Assembly (NCBI RefSeq): GCF_009914755.1
Contig: NC_060931.1
Strand: one strand, 5' to 3'
Length of the DNA: 64,000 bases
From: the human T2T-CHM13v2.0 reference genome, Homo sapiens
The position numbers were made by a program, and so were the translations under genes. Every line of letters starts with the position of its first letter. Position 1 is the stretch's first letter. This document shows positions 29,936 to 45,019 of the stretch, in pieces. The notes under the pieces are model-generated. The model worked only from the letters and a program-made list of their open reading frames with translations. It was not told where the DNA came from and searched no databases.

Positions 29936-31989
29936 TGGAAGAAAAGAATGTCTCCCTCTGCCTCCCATTATAATGACTTTGCTTAGAAATCCTGGAAATA
30001 ACGATTTAGGTTGAAGTATTTGAATTAAAAAACAATGTGTTGTTTATTAATATATAAATTTTAAGGAGAATGTTTATATCAATAATATATAATAGATAAT
30101 TTATAATCCAGAAGACAGCAAAAGAGTAAACAAATGCTGCTTTTATGAGAATGGAATTATCCTCTAAGGTTTAATATGTCTTTGATGAAATCTGCTTCAT
30201 CCTTACCATCATACTTTGCATTATATGTGTAACATTCACTTATAGAGGGAGATTGAAGAAGAATCTGGCAAAACAGATTTCCTCTGTGTGGAAAGTGGTA
30301 TTCCAACAAAATGGCAACGTGTCTATTTTAACTAATATAGTTTTATTCTTTATTGTTACTTACATTTACAAAATATTAAGTAGGTAGAGGTTGGTAGACT
30401 TTGAAATTATTATTGTAATTTAATTTCCACATAGAATATTTAATACTGTACTAATATTTAAAAAAACTTCAAAGAGTTTTAAGGAACAAAATAAAACAAA
30501 ATAACTGATTTCAAAATATATAAAAATTGGATTTATTCCACAGCATTTAAATATCCTAACAAAAGCTAAGATTCAATATGGTGCTGAAAATTGGATTTGG
30601 CATGGCATAATAATTTGTTCATTTTATATTGAATAATGAGCCTAATTTAGGAGTGTGTTTTTCTCTAAGTTCAATCTTTTTATCATTTATCCAAAAATAT
30701 TTATTGTCTATATACGAGGTGTCCTGTACTGTTTTAAAAGTTGGAAATAGAAAAAAAAAAACCCTGCTTTTTACAAAAAAAAACACTTTAAAGTAGCATT
30801 AGTTTTAATGACACTACAGGGATACATTGACGTCTTCCATAAAACAGATCTTTTATCTTTCTTATCCACCTACTCAGATACCAACATTTGTTAACAAAAC
30901 AGGCTAAAACCAAACCCACAAATCAAAACCAACCCTTAAATTATCTGAAATTAAATATCTTTTAGTATAAGTTTAAACGAGACAAATTTCAGAATTTTAG
31001 ATGATAAACCAAACCCACATCTCATTTACAAAGTATTACTACCTGTAAGTCACCCCGGCTGCTTAGCCTGCTTTTGTCTGCATTGTCTTGAGAAATAGAA
31101 CTCACACTGTCTTCCTTAAATGAATATTCCATAGTTGAACAGTTGTTAATCTCAGGCTTTTCTTTCTGGTGTTTAACATAAATTGATATTCTTAAAGATG
31201 CTATTCTAATACTCAGATATACCTTATTCAATTGATTGTAATTATTTATTCTCTTATTTTAGAATTTATGCTTTTCTGATATTTATGGGCTATTATACTC
31301 ATTCTCATTGACAAAGCAAAACTATATGCATTTTTAACCCATCATTCTTCTTTATTTCTTACAGGTATGGAACTTCATAGGTTATCTTTCTTTGTACTGC
31401 ATCCTAAGCCTCCTACCACTTGATGTACTGCTGGAGGCTTCTGAGCTGCCAGTTTTTTTTTTTAAGTTCTCCAGGTGCAATCTTAACATGGTCATCTTGA
31501 AAGTCATAATAATCCTCTCACCATGACACAGTGCCCCAAATAGCATCAGAATCCTTTGACACTATAAGGAAGCAATTTTTATCTTATTTCACCTTACATT
31601 CACTTGGCAGTCATACCATGTGGCATGAGTTCATAAGTACAGGACCGCATGGATGACTTAGCTTGACATAATCATTCTCTGGATAAAAAAAATTGGAATG
31701 TAGTTGAAAATGAATAATATACCACTCATTTCTCCACATCAATGATACAATTCAGCAGTCTGAAAGCCATTACATAGTCAGTCATCGTTAATACTGATTT
31801 AATTTTTGTACTTTGATTTTATTTAATCCTTACAATAACACTGTGACATATTGTAAATATAGAAACTCAGTTTCAGAATTGAAGTTGCTTAGGCTCTTGC
31901 AGCTACTTACTGATATCTTCCATACATGCAATGTACTTTATATTACAACATAGTGCCTCTCTATGTTTTTATCTTTTAAAAAAACTGTA

Positions 31990-34900
31990 TATAAAAATGC
32001 TACTAAGTTTGCAGATTGATAGGGTTTTACACATTGAACACATCCATGTGATCGGCGTCCAGACCAAGAGACCCAGAACTCCCCTATGTCTACTTCTAGT
32101 CACTATCAATCCCATCAGCCTTCAATAATAACTAGAATACTGAGTTCTAACAACATGCATTGCTTCCTGTTTTTGCATTTTATATCATTGGCATTATATA
32201 GTATATTTTCCCCTATATTTGGCCTCTTTAACTTATGTTAGTGAAATTTGTTTGTATTGTCCCATGTAGTGGTAGATTGTCAGTCTCATCGTTTTATGCT
32301 ATTCCATGGATTGTGAATATACCACAATTTATTCATACATTCTATTGTTGATGGGCATTTGGATAGTTATAGTTTTGGCCTATTATAAATAATATTATTA
32401 TAAACATTCTAATACATGCCATTTGATAAAATATGCACATTTGGAAGGTTTGACATCTATATTTCGATTTACCTGGGAATAAGATTGCTGAGGTACAGAT
32501 TATACAAATATTTAGCTTTGGTAGGTATAATCCAACAGATTTCCAAGTGGTTCTACCAGTGCCTCTGTATTTATTATTATTAAATAATTAATATTAATGT
32601 TTATATTTCAATTATGTCACCTATCATCACAAGTATTCCTTTTTATTGGTAATTATTATGTTCCAGACACTGAGCCAAGGACTGTGTGTCTCTGGGGATA
32701 TATATATACACTAGAGATACACAGATATGTCAGTTATAATATAGTTACACTCTCCCTCTTTGTGGGAGGAGTGTCTACACAAATTTTTGAAAATTCTTCT
32801 GCACAGAGATTTACTTGTTCTTATTTATATTTATTTATTTAATCATTCATTTATATCAGTATAAATGTATAGATATTTATTTTTAGTTTGGGTTATGGTG
32901 TAATACTACTTAAAAAAAATAAAAATATTTTGTTTCTTGCCTCTTCTAGCTTTGGCCATTAAGCTCTGTCTTTAGTCTTAGAATCAGTGATTTATCCAAG
33001 AAGCTTTGGGTTTTTTTGTTTTTTTCTTTTTGGAGTAGGGTATTAGAAAGCAAATTTTGTGTGCATTGTATGCTAGTTGCTAGGGGTTATCATTACTTGT
33101 GGACCCTCTCAGCTGATAGAAAGTATAATATATGCATGTATACCAACCTGTGTATAAACATACATCTATAAATATAACTATATGTAACCTTCAGTATCTG
33201 TATTAAGCTAAACCTAAAGTCATACTGGTATGTAACTCTAATCCATTTCCACAGGGATCATCTTAGCCTCCTCCCTATACTTTTTGTACATTTCCATATA
33301 ACAATAAAGGACATGACTCCCACCATCCAACATACATTTACTTAATTGTTCAGTTTTAGTATACAGGTATAGCAGTATTGGAATTGCTATCCAGTACCCC
33401 TGTAGGAATGAAGTTTATCACCTAAGGTATAGGGCTTAAGTGCGGTTCCTTTTGCCTTTAGTCTTACAGACTCCACTCACTTCTAAAGTTATTTGGGTTA
33501 GCACCTTTTACTCCATTCAGTTCTGTGAGATTGTTTCCAACACTTGTAATACAGTTAGATTATCTTGTGGCAATCTACATTACTTCCTGGGATTCTCAGC
33601 CTCCTAAATTATTTTTATAACATTTGCAAACATTAAGGTTACCTCCATGCTAGAAAGTTCTATGGGTTTTGACATGTTTATAATGCCATGTACGTACCAT
33701 CAGATAGCGTAAAGAAGAGGTTCACTGCTTCCAAAAAACCCCCATGATTCACCTATCCAACCTTTCTGTGGAACCCATATCTTCCACTGAACTGTTTACT
33801 ATATCTATAGTTTTACTTTATCCAGAATGCCATGTAATTGTAGTCAAATACTACATAGGCTTTCAGACTTGGTTCTTTCACTCAGCAATATGCATGTAAA
33901 AATTATCCATATCTTTTTGTAGCTTGATTGCTCTTTTGTTTTTATAGCTGCTATTTAGTCTGAATGTTGATGTCCTCCCCAAATTCAAATAAAACCTAAC
34001 ACCCAATGCAATAATATTAAAGGTGGGGTCTTAAGGAGGTGACCCTCATAAATGGGATAAGTGCCATATAAAAGAGGTTGAAGGGAGATGCCTTGCCCCT
34101 TCTGCCATGTGAGGACATGGCAGCGAAGTGCTTTCTATGGAGCAGAGAGTGAAATTTTACCAGACACTGAATCAGCTAGTGCCTTGGTCTTAGATTTCCC
34201 AGCCTCCAGAACTGTGAAGAATAAATTTCTACTATTTCTAAATTACCCTGTTGAAGGTATTTTGTTATAGCACCCAAATAAACTAAGATAATCCCTAAAT
34301 AATACTCTATTGTATGAGGGTACTACAGTTTGTTTATTCATTCATCTCTTGAATGTTGTTTCTATCTTTTGCTAATTATAAACATAGTTATTATAAACAT
34401 TTGTGTTCAGATTTTTGTATGGATGTAATATTTCAAATCAGTTGGATCTTTCCTTCCATGATCATGGATTATCTCTTTACTTTTATACATCATATATATG
34501 TTATTAGATTTATACTTTGGTATTGCATTTCTGAGGGTGCTGTTTTAACTGACGTATATTTTGAAAATTTCCAATACTAATTGTTCATTGTTGGCTTATA
34601 GTAAAGCAAAATACTTTTGAAGCTTTACCTTGTATGTTGCAATGTTGCTATTATAGTTTATTAATCCAGGAGATTTTTACTGATTCTTGAGATTTTTCTA
34701 CCTATAGAACCAAATGATCTGTGAACAAAAAGAGTTTTATTTATTCCATCCCAATCTGTTTACCTTTTATTTATTTATTTTTGTCTCATTGCACTAGCTA
34801 GGACTTCTGGTATGATGTTGAATAGGAGTGGTGAGTAAAGCCAAACTTACCTTGTTTCTAATGTTAGAGTGAAAGCATCCAATTACTCACTATTAAGTAT

Positions 34901-35680
34901 TATATTAGCTGTCAGCTTTTTGTATATGTTCTTTATCAAGTTGAAACACCACCATATTCTTGGTTTGCTCAGAGTTTTTTCTTGAATGAAATAGACATCA
35001 GATATTGTCAAATGCTTTTTATGCATCACTGATTTTCCAACATTGAATCAGCTTTGTATGCTTAGAATAAATCCTACTTGGTCATGGTGTAAAACATTTT
35101 TATACCTTTTCAGATTTAATTTGCTAATATTTTGAGGAGGGTTTTTGTATCTATGTTAATGAGAGATACTGGTCTTTCTTCAGTTTTGGTATTAGGGTAA
35201 TGCTGACCTCATTAAGTTAGCAAGCATTCTTCTGTTTCTATTTTCTGGCATAAATTGTGGAGGACAAGTATCATATTTTTCTGTAAATGCTTGATAAAAT
35301 TCAGAGAAGCCATCTGGGCCTAATTATTTCTTTTGTGGAGCATTATTAATTGTTGATTAAATCCATTTAATAGATGTAGGCCTATTCAGATGATTTATTA
35401 CTCCCTGTTTGAGGTTTTGGTGGTTTGTGTCTTTCAAGAAATTTGTTAGTTTTATCTAAGTTATAAAATCTGTGAGCATAGAGTTGTTCGTATTATGGGA
35501 TCAACAGTGATGACCTCACTTTATTTCTGATATTGGTAAATTGTACCTTCTCCCTTCTTATTTCCTGTTTAGCTTACCTAGAGATTTGTCAATTTTACTG
35601 ATCTCCCCAAAGAACCAGTTTTTTATTTTATTCATAGCTCTATTGTTTTCCTATTTTTAATTGCACTGACATGTGATCTA
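31990..35680 (-). mobile_element. Old L1MC/MD-type fragments
   Basis: T-rich antisense L1 motifs (GATGTTGAATAGGAGTGGTGAG, GGTATTAGGGTAATGCTGACCTCA). Confidence 0.65.
33949..34290 (+). mobile_element. MLT1A-type MaLR LTR
   Basis: Motifs GCCATGTGAGGACA, CCAGCCTCCAGAACTGTGA and TTTTGTTATAGCA. Confidence 0.75.
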
Positions 35681-37170
35681 ATAGTTTTCTCCGTATGTTG
35701 CTTTTCTTCTTGGGGCATTTTGCAATTCAAGGCTTATAAAGAGGCTGAAAAGCTTGTTATGAGAGGCCAACGCATTTTAAGAAATCTTACATGACCGAGG
35801 AGCCAAAAAGTCGGATATAAGGCTGCAAAAGCACTCACAACTTGAAGTTGCAAGATTTCTGAGAAAAGAGAGGCACAGACAAATGACAGTAATATGCCAC
35901 ATCAGTTTTACCCTTGGTGCTTCTGTTGACTAAGTTCTGCAGGGTAAGCAGCTAAGAATCCTACCAGAGGGAAACTAGAAAGAAGAGCTAGTTTTGTTTT
36001 TTTTAGGTTGCTGAGGATATGCCTGAATCTCTCAGCTGGGAATCCTGAAGGATTACTCTCTAATGGAGTAAATCAGGGGTGACTAAGACTTACAATGATT
36101 GTAAATCTATTTTGAGTCAGCTCATCCCTAAGGACTCAAATGATTTGTCCCTCTGTTTCCTTACAGAAAAGAGGGAAAAACATCATGAAGAGAGAAAACA
36201 CATATCATTTGTTTTATGACAAAGTACAATGAGTGAAGGAAGTTATTTTACCTAAATGGTGTTTAGTCTGTTGGATATCCGTAGAGAACTAAACGCATCT
36301 TGAACCATATACAAAAGTCAATTCAAGGTGTGTTATTAAAAAAGATTCTTCCCAAGAGAGTTTCTAGACTATTGAAGTGACCACAGAGAGATGTTCAGTA
36401 GAGGAGTGTACTACCAGTAGACAGAGGAGAGCTGGAACAGTGTCCCAGTATGGGAATTATAGTTGGGAATATCCAGCAAGACTTCTAGAAAACCTATAAA
36501 AGTGTGCTGTAAGGGAAAGGTAAGCATTTGTACATCTGCTACTCAGAAAACTCTAATGAAAACTGTACTAGATATTTAAGGCAGTATCAACCATCTAATA
36601 CTGTTGTTCAATTTTCACTTGCATATTAAGTGATGAGTCAGGACTCAACCAACTACAGCTCAGTTATGGAAAAAGTTCTTGTTATCTTTTAGGATGGTTG
36701 AACAGAAAACCCTTTAAAACCTGCTAGTTCTGCAGAAAGAAAATGCGTGAGAATTTTTGTTTTGAGTTGTAAGTGATGAAAACCCAACTAAAAGTTAAAC
36801 TAGCTTAAACAAAGCATCTATGTTGGCTTATTTAACTAAGGAAGCAGGTATGCTGTGAGCTCTAATCAAAGGTAGATCTAAGAACTCAGCAATAACTTCA
36901 CGAAAATGTTTCTCTATATTTGGATTCTGTATTCTTCTGCATTGGCTCTTTTCTCAGATTGGCTCATTCTATGCAAGGGTCCTGAAAAATTGAGAATTAT
37001 TTTCTAAAAGTTTAGCAACATCAGAAGAAGGAAAGGCTTTTTTCAAGTAGTGAAATTCTAGAGTGGGACTCTTGAGCTCAAGTTGTATCCTGTGCCCATT
37101 CTGAACCGATCACAGTTGCTCTGATTGAATGAGAGTAGAAAGTTAGTTCTCTAAAGGAAAACTGAAGCTC

Positions 37171-37453
37171 TTTTTTTTTTTTTTTTTGACAGTCTCACTC
37201 TGTCACCCAGGCTAGAGTGCAGGGGCGTGATCTCAGCTCACTGCAGCTTCTGCCTCGTGGGTTCAAGCAAACCTCCTGCCTCAGCCTTCCAAGGTGCGCC
37301 ACCATGCCTGGCTCATTTTTGTATTTTTTTTTTAGTAGAGATGGGGTTTTGCCATGTTGACCAGGCTTGTCTCAAACTCCTGACCTCAGGTGATCCGCCC
37401 ACCTCAGCCTCTCAAAGTGCTGGGATTACAGGCGTGAGCCACCGCGCCCAGCC
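37171..37453 (-). mobile_element. AluS element (antisense, small internal deletion)
   Basis: Poly(T) then Alu body ending CGCGCCCAGCC; TSD GAAAACTGAAG. Confidence 0.92.
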
Positions 37454-37665
37454 TGAAAACTGAAGTTCTCTTACTAGAAATGGGATAGGAGATTACTGAT
37501 GCTGGCCAGGCAAGAGTCTGTCTCAGTGGAGAAGTTTGATTTCTAGTCACAGTGTAAATACGCATGCTGTTTTGAACAAGTCTTACATAAGCTGTTCTTC
37601 CTGTGGAGGAATTGTGGATGAGCCTTAACTTCTCCTTAATTAGCAATTATAAATAGAGTATCCTT

Positions 37666-37748
37666 AGTAGAAGAAAGAGTAGTCACCTAAATAGAGTAGA
37701 AGAAAGAGTAGTCACCTAAATATAGTAGAAGAAAGAGTACTCAACTAA
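37666..37748. repeat. 29-bp tandem repeat, about 2.9 copies
   Basis: Unit AGTAGAAGAAAGAGTAGTCACCTAAATAG. Confidence 0.9.
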
Positions 37749-38799
37749 TATCTAATCAAAGTAGGGCTACTTCATATTAAAAGAGTAGGATGGATGAATC
37801 AGAAATACTCTACCAAATGAGTAAGTTCATTTTAGAAATATCAATACAAATGTTTTCTGTAGACTCCCTTAAGTACAAAGTCAACAGAGAAGGCATACAT
37901 TTAAAAATAGCTCTCATAAAATGTATGTTAGTCTAAAGAAGAAGTACTGCATTATTTGTTGAGCTGAAATTTGCATGGTAAACTTTTCATTACTTATTCT
38001 ATTCCCTTCCCTCCCATTGAACTCCTCTAGTATTCTTAAGAGGGAGAACACACTGAACATGCTATTTTTATACCAGTCCAGAAACAAATAAGCAGGTTAA
38101 AAACAACTTATAAATCATAGGAATTCGAAATGGAGCACACACATTATATTTTCTCTTGGCTTTCTTTTAACTCTTTGTCTACTCTTATATTTAATATTTA
38201 TAAAGATAATAACATATTGTGTCAGGTGCAAATATGGGGAAGGGGATTTTTTTATTCCATTAAATGTTCTTCCTTGCAGGTTTAAGACTTATCCTTGGGC
38301 AAATTACTATCCTGCTGTGTTGAGACCATTAACAGAGTAGCTTCTTACCACTGTCTGGGAAGCCATGTTTCTAGGAGGTCAAAATTGTGGTGTCTGCAGA
38401 AGCCATGGCCTTGCTCGCAGCCACTTAATAATAATAAGTGTCTTTTACGAATAAATTTAGGACAATTCATAGGGGAGAGGATCTAATCAAAGGGGAAGCA
38501 CTTAGGGAACTTAGGTTTTGAGAGGAAGCATTTAATTTTTTTCCCAAATATCTACAACCAGGTGGTGATTCAACGCATATCTCAATTCACTGACCCTGAC
38601 TATTCCTCAGGGAAGTACTGTGTCATTAAGTGCTTGGTTCACTCCATTCATGGATGCTTAAAAATGTAGCTGGAAGAATGATTAATAACTTACAATTTAC
38701 TTTTAAAAGCCTGAAATGGAAAGTTGTGAATATATTTCTCAATGGAGATTATTTATCATATACAGTTTTTGTCATTTCAGCATTCACTTCATCTCACTC

Positions 38800-41300
38800 T
38801 TTTAACTCAATGAACACTCATTAATTATAGTCTAGGTGCAAGACACTCTGCCAAGATGAATGGCATGTGGCCCCCTCACTTATCTGGGGAAAAAAGATAG
38901 ACATACATAAAATTAACTATAGTACAAGGCAGAATAGACTATTGCAAATTTATAATGTATTTTTACCTATTTGTTCAGTTTGAGCTTCACAAAAATCATT
39001 TGAATCATTTGAAGTAAGAAGAAAATCCCAAAACCAAGTCATGTTTTGATTCCTCCCTTTTCCTCATTGAGGGCAGGAGCCAAGTCTGTCTTTGTCTCCT
39101 GTTTTCCTCAGTGTACCTGAAATATAATAGCCATTCAGTGAATTCTCATTAAATAACTGAATGAATGAGTGTGTAAATAAATTAATTAAAGGCAGAAAGG
39201 ACAGGTATTGTCTGAGGTAGAGGTGATGAGAGATAGAGCAACCTCAGGTGGGTCGCAGATTTCTGATTTCGTTGACTTAGGTAGGTGTTAAGGGTAGGAT
39301 TTGGTGGAGGGAGATGATGTAGAGCTTTGGAAATGTAGAATGGGAGGAGAAATAATTATTTTGAAACATTAGGGCTGAGATAATCAATCAAGAGAAAAAC
39401 AAGTGTGTATGTCAGATGAAGAGCACATGGTATAGACGTAGACTGGGAGATATCACTTGAAGTCATGAGTGTAAGACTATGAAACAAACAAAGATAGATC
39501 CTTCGGGAATATTCATTTGAGGGTTGGGCACTACAACAAGAATATATCTTTCAATGGAATTTCACTGCAGGTTGAATTTTATAAGACAAAAGGCCCTGAG
39601 CCATTGTCTAAAGACTTTTTGGCCAGACTGTTTCTTGAGGCTTCAGATAGTAGCATGATGAATATCAGCAACAAATGCAAAGTTTATAGAAGAGAAGAAA
39701 ACCAGAATTAGAATAGGGTTAATAAAAAAATTACTAAGAAAAATATATTGCTTATCTCTTTATTTCCTTTTTGGAACAGTCTATTGGAGAAGTAGAGGTT
39801 AGAGAAACAAAGAAAATAATCCATGCAGGGGCCATGAGGAGTGAAGAATATCATCCAAGATCACTCCTACTTTGTGTCAACCACAGTGAGGACCTAGACA
39901 CACACTGATATACTCCTCATAAGCCTCTGAAAAGTAGGTGTTATGATCCCTGTTTCCAGACTCTGAGAGGTAAGTGATGCCTGAGGACCCACAGCCCTTA
40001 GGAAGAAGCGTCAAGCCTCGACCTCTCCAAAGTCCCAGTTCCTTCTACCACTCATTGAATGACTCCTTCAAGAGTCAGGATTTGTTATGACAATTCAGTA
40101 CCTAAAAGATGAGAGATGCAGTCAATCAATAATTTGTTTAGATGACAATGTCATTTATAAATTTCAGTGAGGTATTGACAAAAGGTATATTTTAGTGGGT
40201 ATGCATCAGTGCAGCAATTCTATTTGTTTATGGCTGAGCCTGATTGCTTGGTGGTCTGTCCTGATTGGTTGCTGCCATGTCATACCAGTTGTTAAGTATT
40301 TTGACTATTTCTTCTGGGAATCATGACCATCACATAAGGTACTGAGTCTGGAGCTATTTATCTTGATGTTGCTCTTTATATGTTGTGTATAAACCTGAGC
40401 ATTGTTATCAATAGAGAAGATGCAGCTTTTATACCCTGAAAATGGATACTTAAAATGAACTAGTCTACTCAAAAAGTATATTTTAAATATATATATTATA
40501 TGTGAGGCACTGTGCCTGGATATATTATAATGAACAGCATTAATATTGCTCCTTGCCCTCCTGGAGGTTATAGTCTATGGCAAACAGAGTATGAGAGGAG
40601 TCACAGCAGTAGATACACAGATGCTGTTAAAACATAGATAAAGGAAACTTCTAGAACAAATAATCTCTAACCCCTAAATGAAAAGCTAGTCAAATAAAGC
40701 AATGAAGTTGCTTGGGGGTAGGTGGAGTTGTTTCAGGAGCAAAAATAGTATGTGCACAGCCCTGAGGCAAGGTAGAATAGGACATTTTGAAGATGTAAAA
40801 GAATTGCTGTGTAGATGGGTACTAGAGAAGAAAACAGGAAGTGAATGACTCTCAAGGGTATAGAAATAAGCCAAGATGAGATTCTGAAGGGCCTTACTCC
40901 TGAAGACCCTATGCTAAGGTGGTGAAAGTGGCCCAGGAGCAGAAATGAGAGAATAGTACTACCGCTTCAGAGAGATTAGTGGAATTGTAGGATAATTTTG
41001 AGAGAGAAAACTGAATGCAGGGAACTCATTTAAGAAAATACTGTGGAAACCCTGTGGAGAAAAAAATGACTGCCTGGAATAAGAGTGGGTCTTTGAGAAT
41101 GAAAAAGGGAAATGGATGCTCATGATGTTCGGTAGTTAGAATTCATGGATTTTGGAAATTTATATTGTGATGGGTGAAGGAGCAAAAAGAATGAAATATA
41201 ATGCACAGTTATAGCCCACGGTTTTTTTCACTGAAAATGGGGGCACAGGAATGGCTGGTTTGGGACATGTTGCATTTGAGTTGCTGTGGGATGCCTGTGG
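38800..41300. mobile_element. Cluster of L2 and MIR remnants
   Basis: L2 3'-end motifs (TGAATGAATGA, TGTGAGGCACTGTGCCTGG) and a MIR-like core near 39.9 kb. Confidence 0.45.
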
Positions 41301-44300
41301 TGACACAAAGATTTTTAAATTTCAAATAGCTATTGTTCTAGAATTTAAATTTAGCTGATATTCTTAGAATGTGTTAAATTGTTCATGTAGTAATTTATTT
41401 TAAAATGTTTCAGTACAGTGTGCTGTATGTGTCTGATTTACTTTAATCTAAGCCCAAGTGGTTTTTGGCATATGAATTACCCTAGTTAGGAATCAATGCT
41501 CTGCAGGTAGTGCATAAACACTATAAATATTATCAATTTTTTTTATCAGGAGTATGTTAATTAGAAGAAAGAATGCTAGAAATAATTCAAATGCGTAGAT
41601 AACTGAAAAACTGTGAAATAGAAGGTTTTAAAAATAAAAGCTTTATTTTTAAACTAAGGAAAGGGATAAGCTGATACAACCTTTTGTTAATATACAAAAG
41701 TTGATATTCTAAGCACATCTGGAAATAAATATCCATGCTCATTTTCTTTGTAAACAAAATACACACATATTATTAGAGGCCATTGACTTAATATTCTTGG
41801 GAGAAGTATTAAAAATCTATTTCAGATTACAGCTTTGTTGAATTCAGTAATAATGTAACTTAAGTGATAAGTTGCATTTGTCAAAAATGTATATTAAAAA
41901 TATAAACTTTTTTCCAATTTGAATGCAGGATTGTTTATATTTTAGAGTGAGCACTACACAGTTTTTAGTCTTAAGGATCAACAAGAATGTCTGATAACAG
42001 TATGGAGTGAAGAATCTGCATTCCTTTGTCCCCTGCCTTCTCCCCCATCCTTTACTCTCAAACTAAGGAACCCAAAGACATTTGGCCCTTGGGGAGTAAC
42101 AAGAATAATCCAGATGGGGATAATCCTTCCCAGTTGGCAAAAGGAAACAAGCAGAAAACAACATGACTCTCAGAAACTCAAAATTTCTCCCTTGGACTTC
42201 CAGTAGAATTTCATGTTAATCATCCTAGAGGCTTCCAGAGAAAGCTATAACATGTTTAATATTTTACAATCTTAAGTGTCAAAAGTTTGTCTATACCTAA
42301 TGCAAATGATTAACTTACAAAATTATTGGAACTATTTCCTTTTTTTTTTTTTCCTCCAGGCAATGTGTTCTACTCAGGAAGGTGGCAGGCACTTAGGGAC
42401 TGCTATTGAGCAGCTCCCCAGCTTGTTATTCAATGGATGGTAGCTTTTCTTCCTAACAGTCAAAATGTGCTACTAGCTGGGAAACTCCAAATAATGTGGA
42501 GCTGGGGAAGAATGGAAGAATGCAGGAAGAGGGCAGGTAGCAAAAATCACCGGAGACCAGGCATATCATCCCATGCACAGAAGACAGTAGTCTGTGCATG
42601 GGATAATATATCGTGGTCCAGAGGGTTTCTGTGAGTGAAGAAAGAGGCCAGAAATAGCATGCCCTAGACTATACCATAAGTGATGGCACAGTGGGTTTCA
42701 TAGAAAGATGAACTTACAATTCAAGCATTCAAGAAAACTCTGCCTTGAAGTTTATTAACTGGGAAGACTATGCACTTATTAAACTGTTGGTGTCATAGCC
42801 CAAAGCTACTTATAGATGTTATTTTAAAATGTCCTCGGAGCCTCTGGCATGCTCTTCTAGCTTTCCTTCATGGAAGCAGATTTCCATTCATTAATGTAAT
42901 GTTTATCAAAATGCATGGTTTCCCATAAATTACCTCAGAATTTTCTAAAATAACTAGATGAATCTGAATTTCTCAGGTTAAGGCCCAGGAGTTTGCATTT
43001 TTATAGGGCTTTTAGTTTCTTAATAAACCACTACTTTAAAACACGATTGGGTTAATATATAGTATACTGTGGGGCCAGATCCAATGGCTTTGCACAGTTA
43101 CACAAATATAGGCTATAGGTATAGGAATGTAAAGGAAAGTGGTGTATTTTCTTATCCTGCTTGTCAGTTACATTAGCTTTTTGAAGATGAGAATTTTCAA
43201 ATGGTTTGAGCAATGTTTATGGTAATATTTAGACCATAGTTCTTTTAAAAGGTTGAAGGTCCTTGTAAAACATGCAAAATGTAATATGTCTAATTACGAA
43301 AAGAAGTGCCATTTAGAAATAGCCATATTTTGCAGTAAAACATTTTAGATCTTTTTAAACCCTTGTCTGCATATTATTATGATCTAAAAATATTATGCTT
43401 TTCCCCCAGGAGATTTTGATATATCCTCCTGTAAAGGGGATAGGGTATGTTTTATTGAGCATTACTGCATTTAAAAAAGCAATAGTTTTTTTTTTCAAAA
43501 TTATAATTGTTTAATTTGAATGTACTTTATTGAACATAAAGAACAGGCTCTACTTACTTTTAAGATTCTTGTATTTCCCCAGACACAGTTTTTCCCCTGA
43601 TTGAGAACACCATCATTTAGAGAATGAGAGAGAAAAACTGGAAAATATACTCATTTATATACATTCTATTTTTTCCAGGTAAATGTTGGTAATAAACACA
43701 CATTAAGGACAGTGTTTCTGCCCTGCCATTGAAGGTATTACTCAGCTAGAATATTCTCTGCCTACATAGATCAAATTCATAAGGTAGTTATTTAATTTTC
43801 TTTTCATTTTAATGAAGAGTATCTTAGTGGTAGAACCTACCTCTTCCTACTGAATTAAAAGTATTGGCAATAGAGCAAAGGCCATAGGCAGTTTTTATTT
43901 GATTGTTTTTGGTTTTTCTTATGTGAAAACATTTCAGCAATTTTGTCCCAGGTGTTTACTGTCCATGTTAAGCTCTGATTTCATTTTGGCATGAAGAACA
44001 ACATGAATTTAATGACATCCAGGTGTAGAAATGGTTACTACTGTCGTGGGAGTTGGAGACCCAATTGGCAAGACTGAAAATTAGTTTCTGAACTTCACAT
44101 TTTGCATTTCCTTCTTTCTGCTCAGCACAATAGTTCTGCTGCACTAAGGAAACTGCTAATATCCAATTTAGGAAGAGCTGGTGAATGGTATTCACATGAG
44201 CAAGATAAATTAAAATCTTCTTAATGAGATAGCAGCCAGACCTGAGAGGGAAGGTTTCCTGAAGACTCCAAATTTTGAACTTGGATGCTTGGGCTTGAGG

Positions 44301-44459
44301 CTTCAGCAAACTCTCACATCATGAATGTGGGGACCGTGGTATCATATACCTCATCACAATCTGGCTAACACTATTTCATTTCATTAATGAAGAGTTTTGG
44401 TTATCAATTCAGTTTTTGTCATTCCAGCTGTTTGCATTGACTGTTTTTAACTATAGGCA

Positions 44460-44676
44460 GGAGGAGTTCCCTCTTACTGATAGAAGAGTCAGACTTGTAG
44501 TTCTATTTAGGCCTTCAGCTGATTGCCATAAGGGCCACTCATATTAGGGAGGGAAACCTGATTTACAGTCTACCTATTTAAATGTTAATATCATCTTAAA
44601 ATCTAAAATAATGTTTGACCAAATATCTGGATACCCCCTGGCCCAGTCAAGTGAGCACATAAAATTAATCATCACG
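44460..44676 (-). mobile_element. MLT2-family (ERVL) LTR fragment
   Basis: AATAATGTTTGACCAAATATCTGG...GCCCAGTCAAG...CATAAAATTAATCATCAC. Confidence 0.75.
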
Positions 44677-45019
44677 CCTATCAAGTCACAAATGATATAG
44701 ATGAACCTTAAATGTATATTCAAACTTAAAGAACCCAGTAAGAAAAGAATATATACTATATGATTCCGAGTTTGTGACATTTAGGAAAAAGCAAAACTAT
44801 AGAGACAGACAGTAGAAAGAACAGTGATTGTCAGAAGTTCTGCAGGAGGGGCTCGGGGTTTAATATGTGAAACATGGGCGATTTGGGGGTGGTAAAAGTA
44901 TTTGGAATTATACTATAGCAGTTGGTATATGAAACTGTGCATTTTTCAAAACTCATACAACTTTACAGCACCAAGATCATACCTTAATGTACATAATTCT
45001 ATTTTACCTTATTATTTTA

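Noticed and set aside
31022-31231. 69-aa minus-strand ORF in unique DNA
   Set aside because: It has a non-ATG start, no recognisable homology and no clear exon boundaries.
37666-37748. 29-bp direct repeats as a CRISPR-like array
   Set aside because: The copies are head-to-tail with no spacers, and the DNA is primate.
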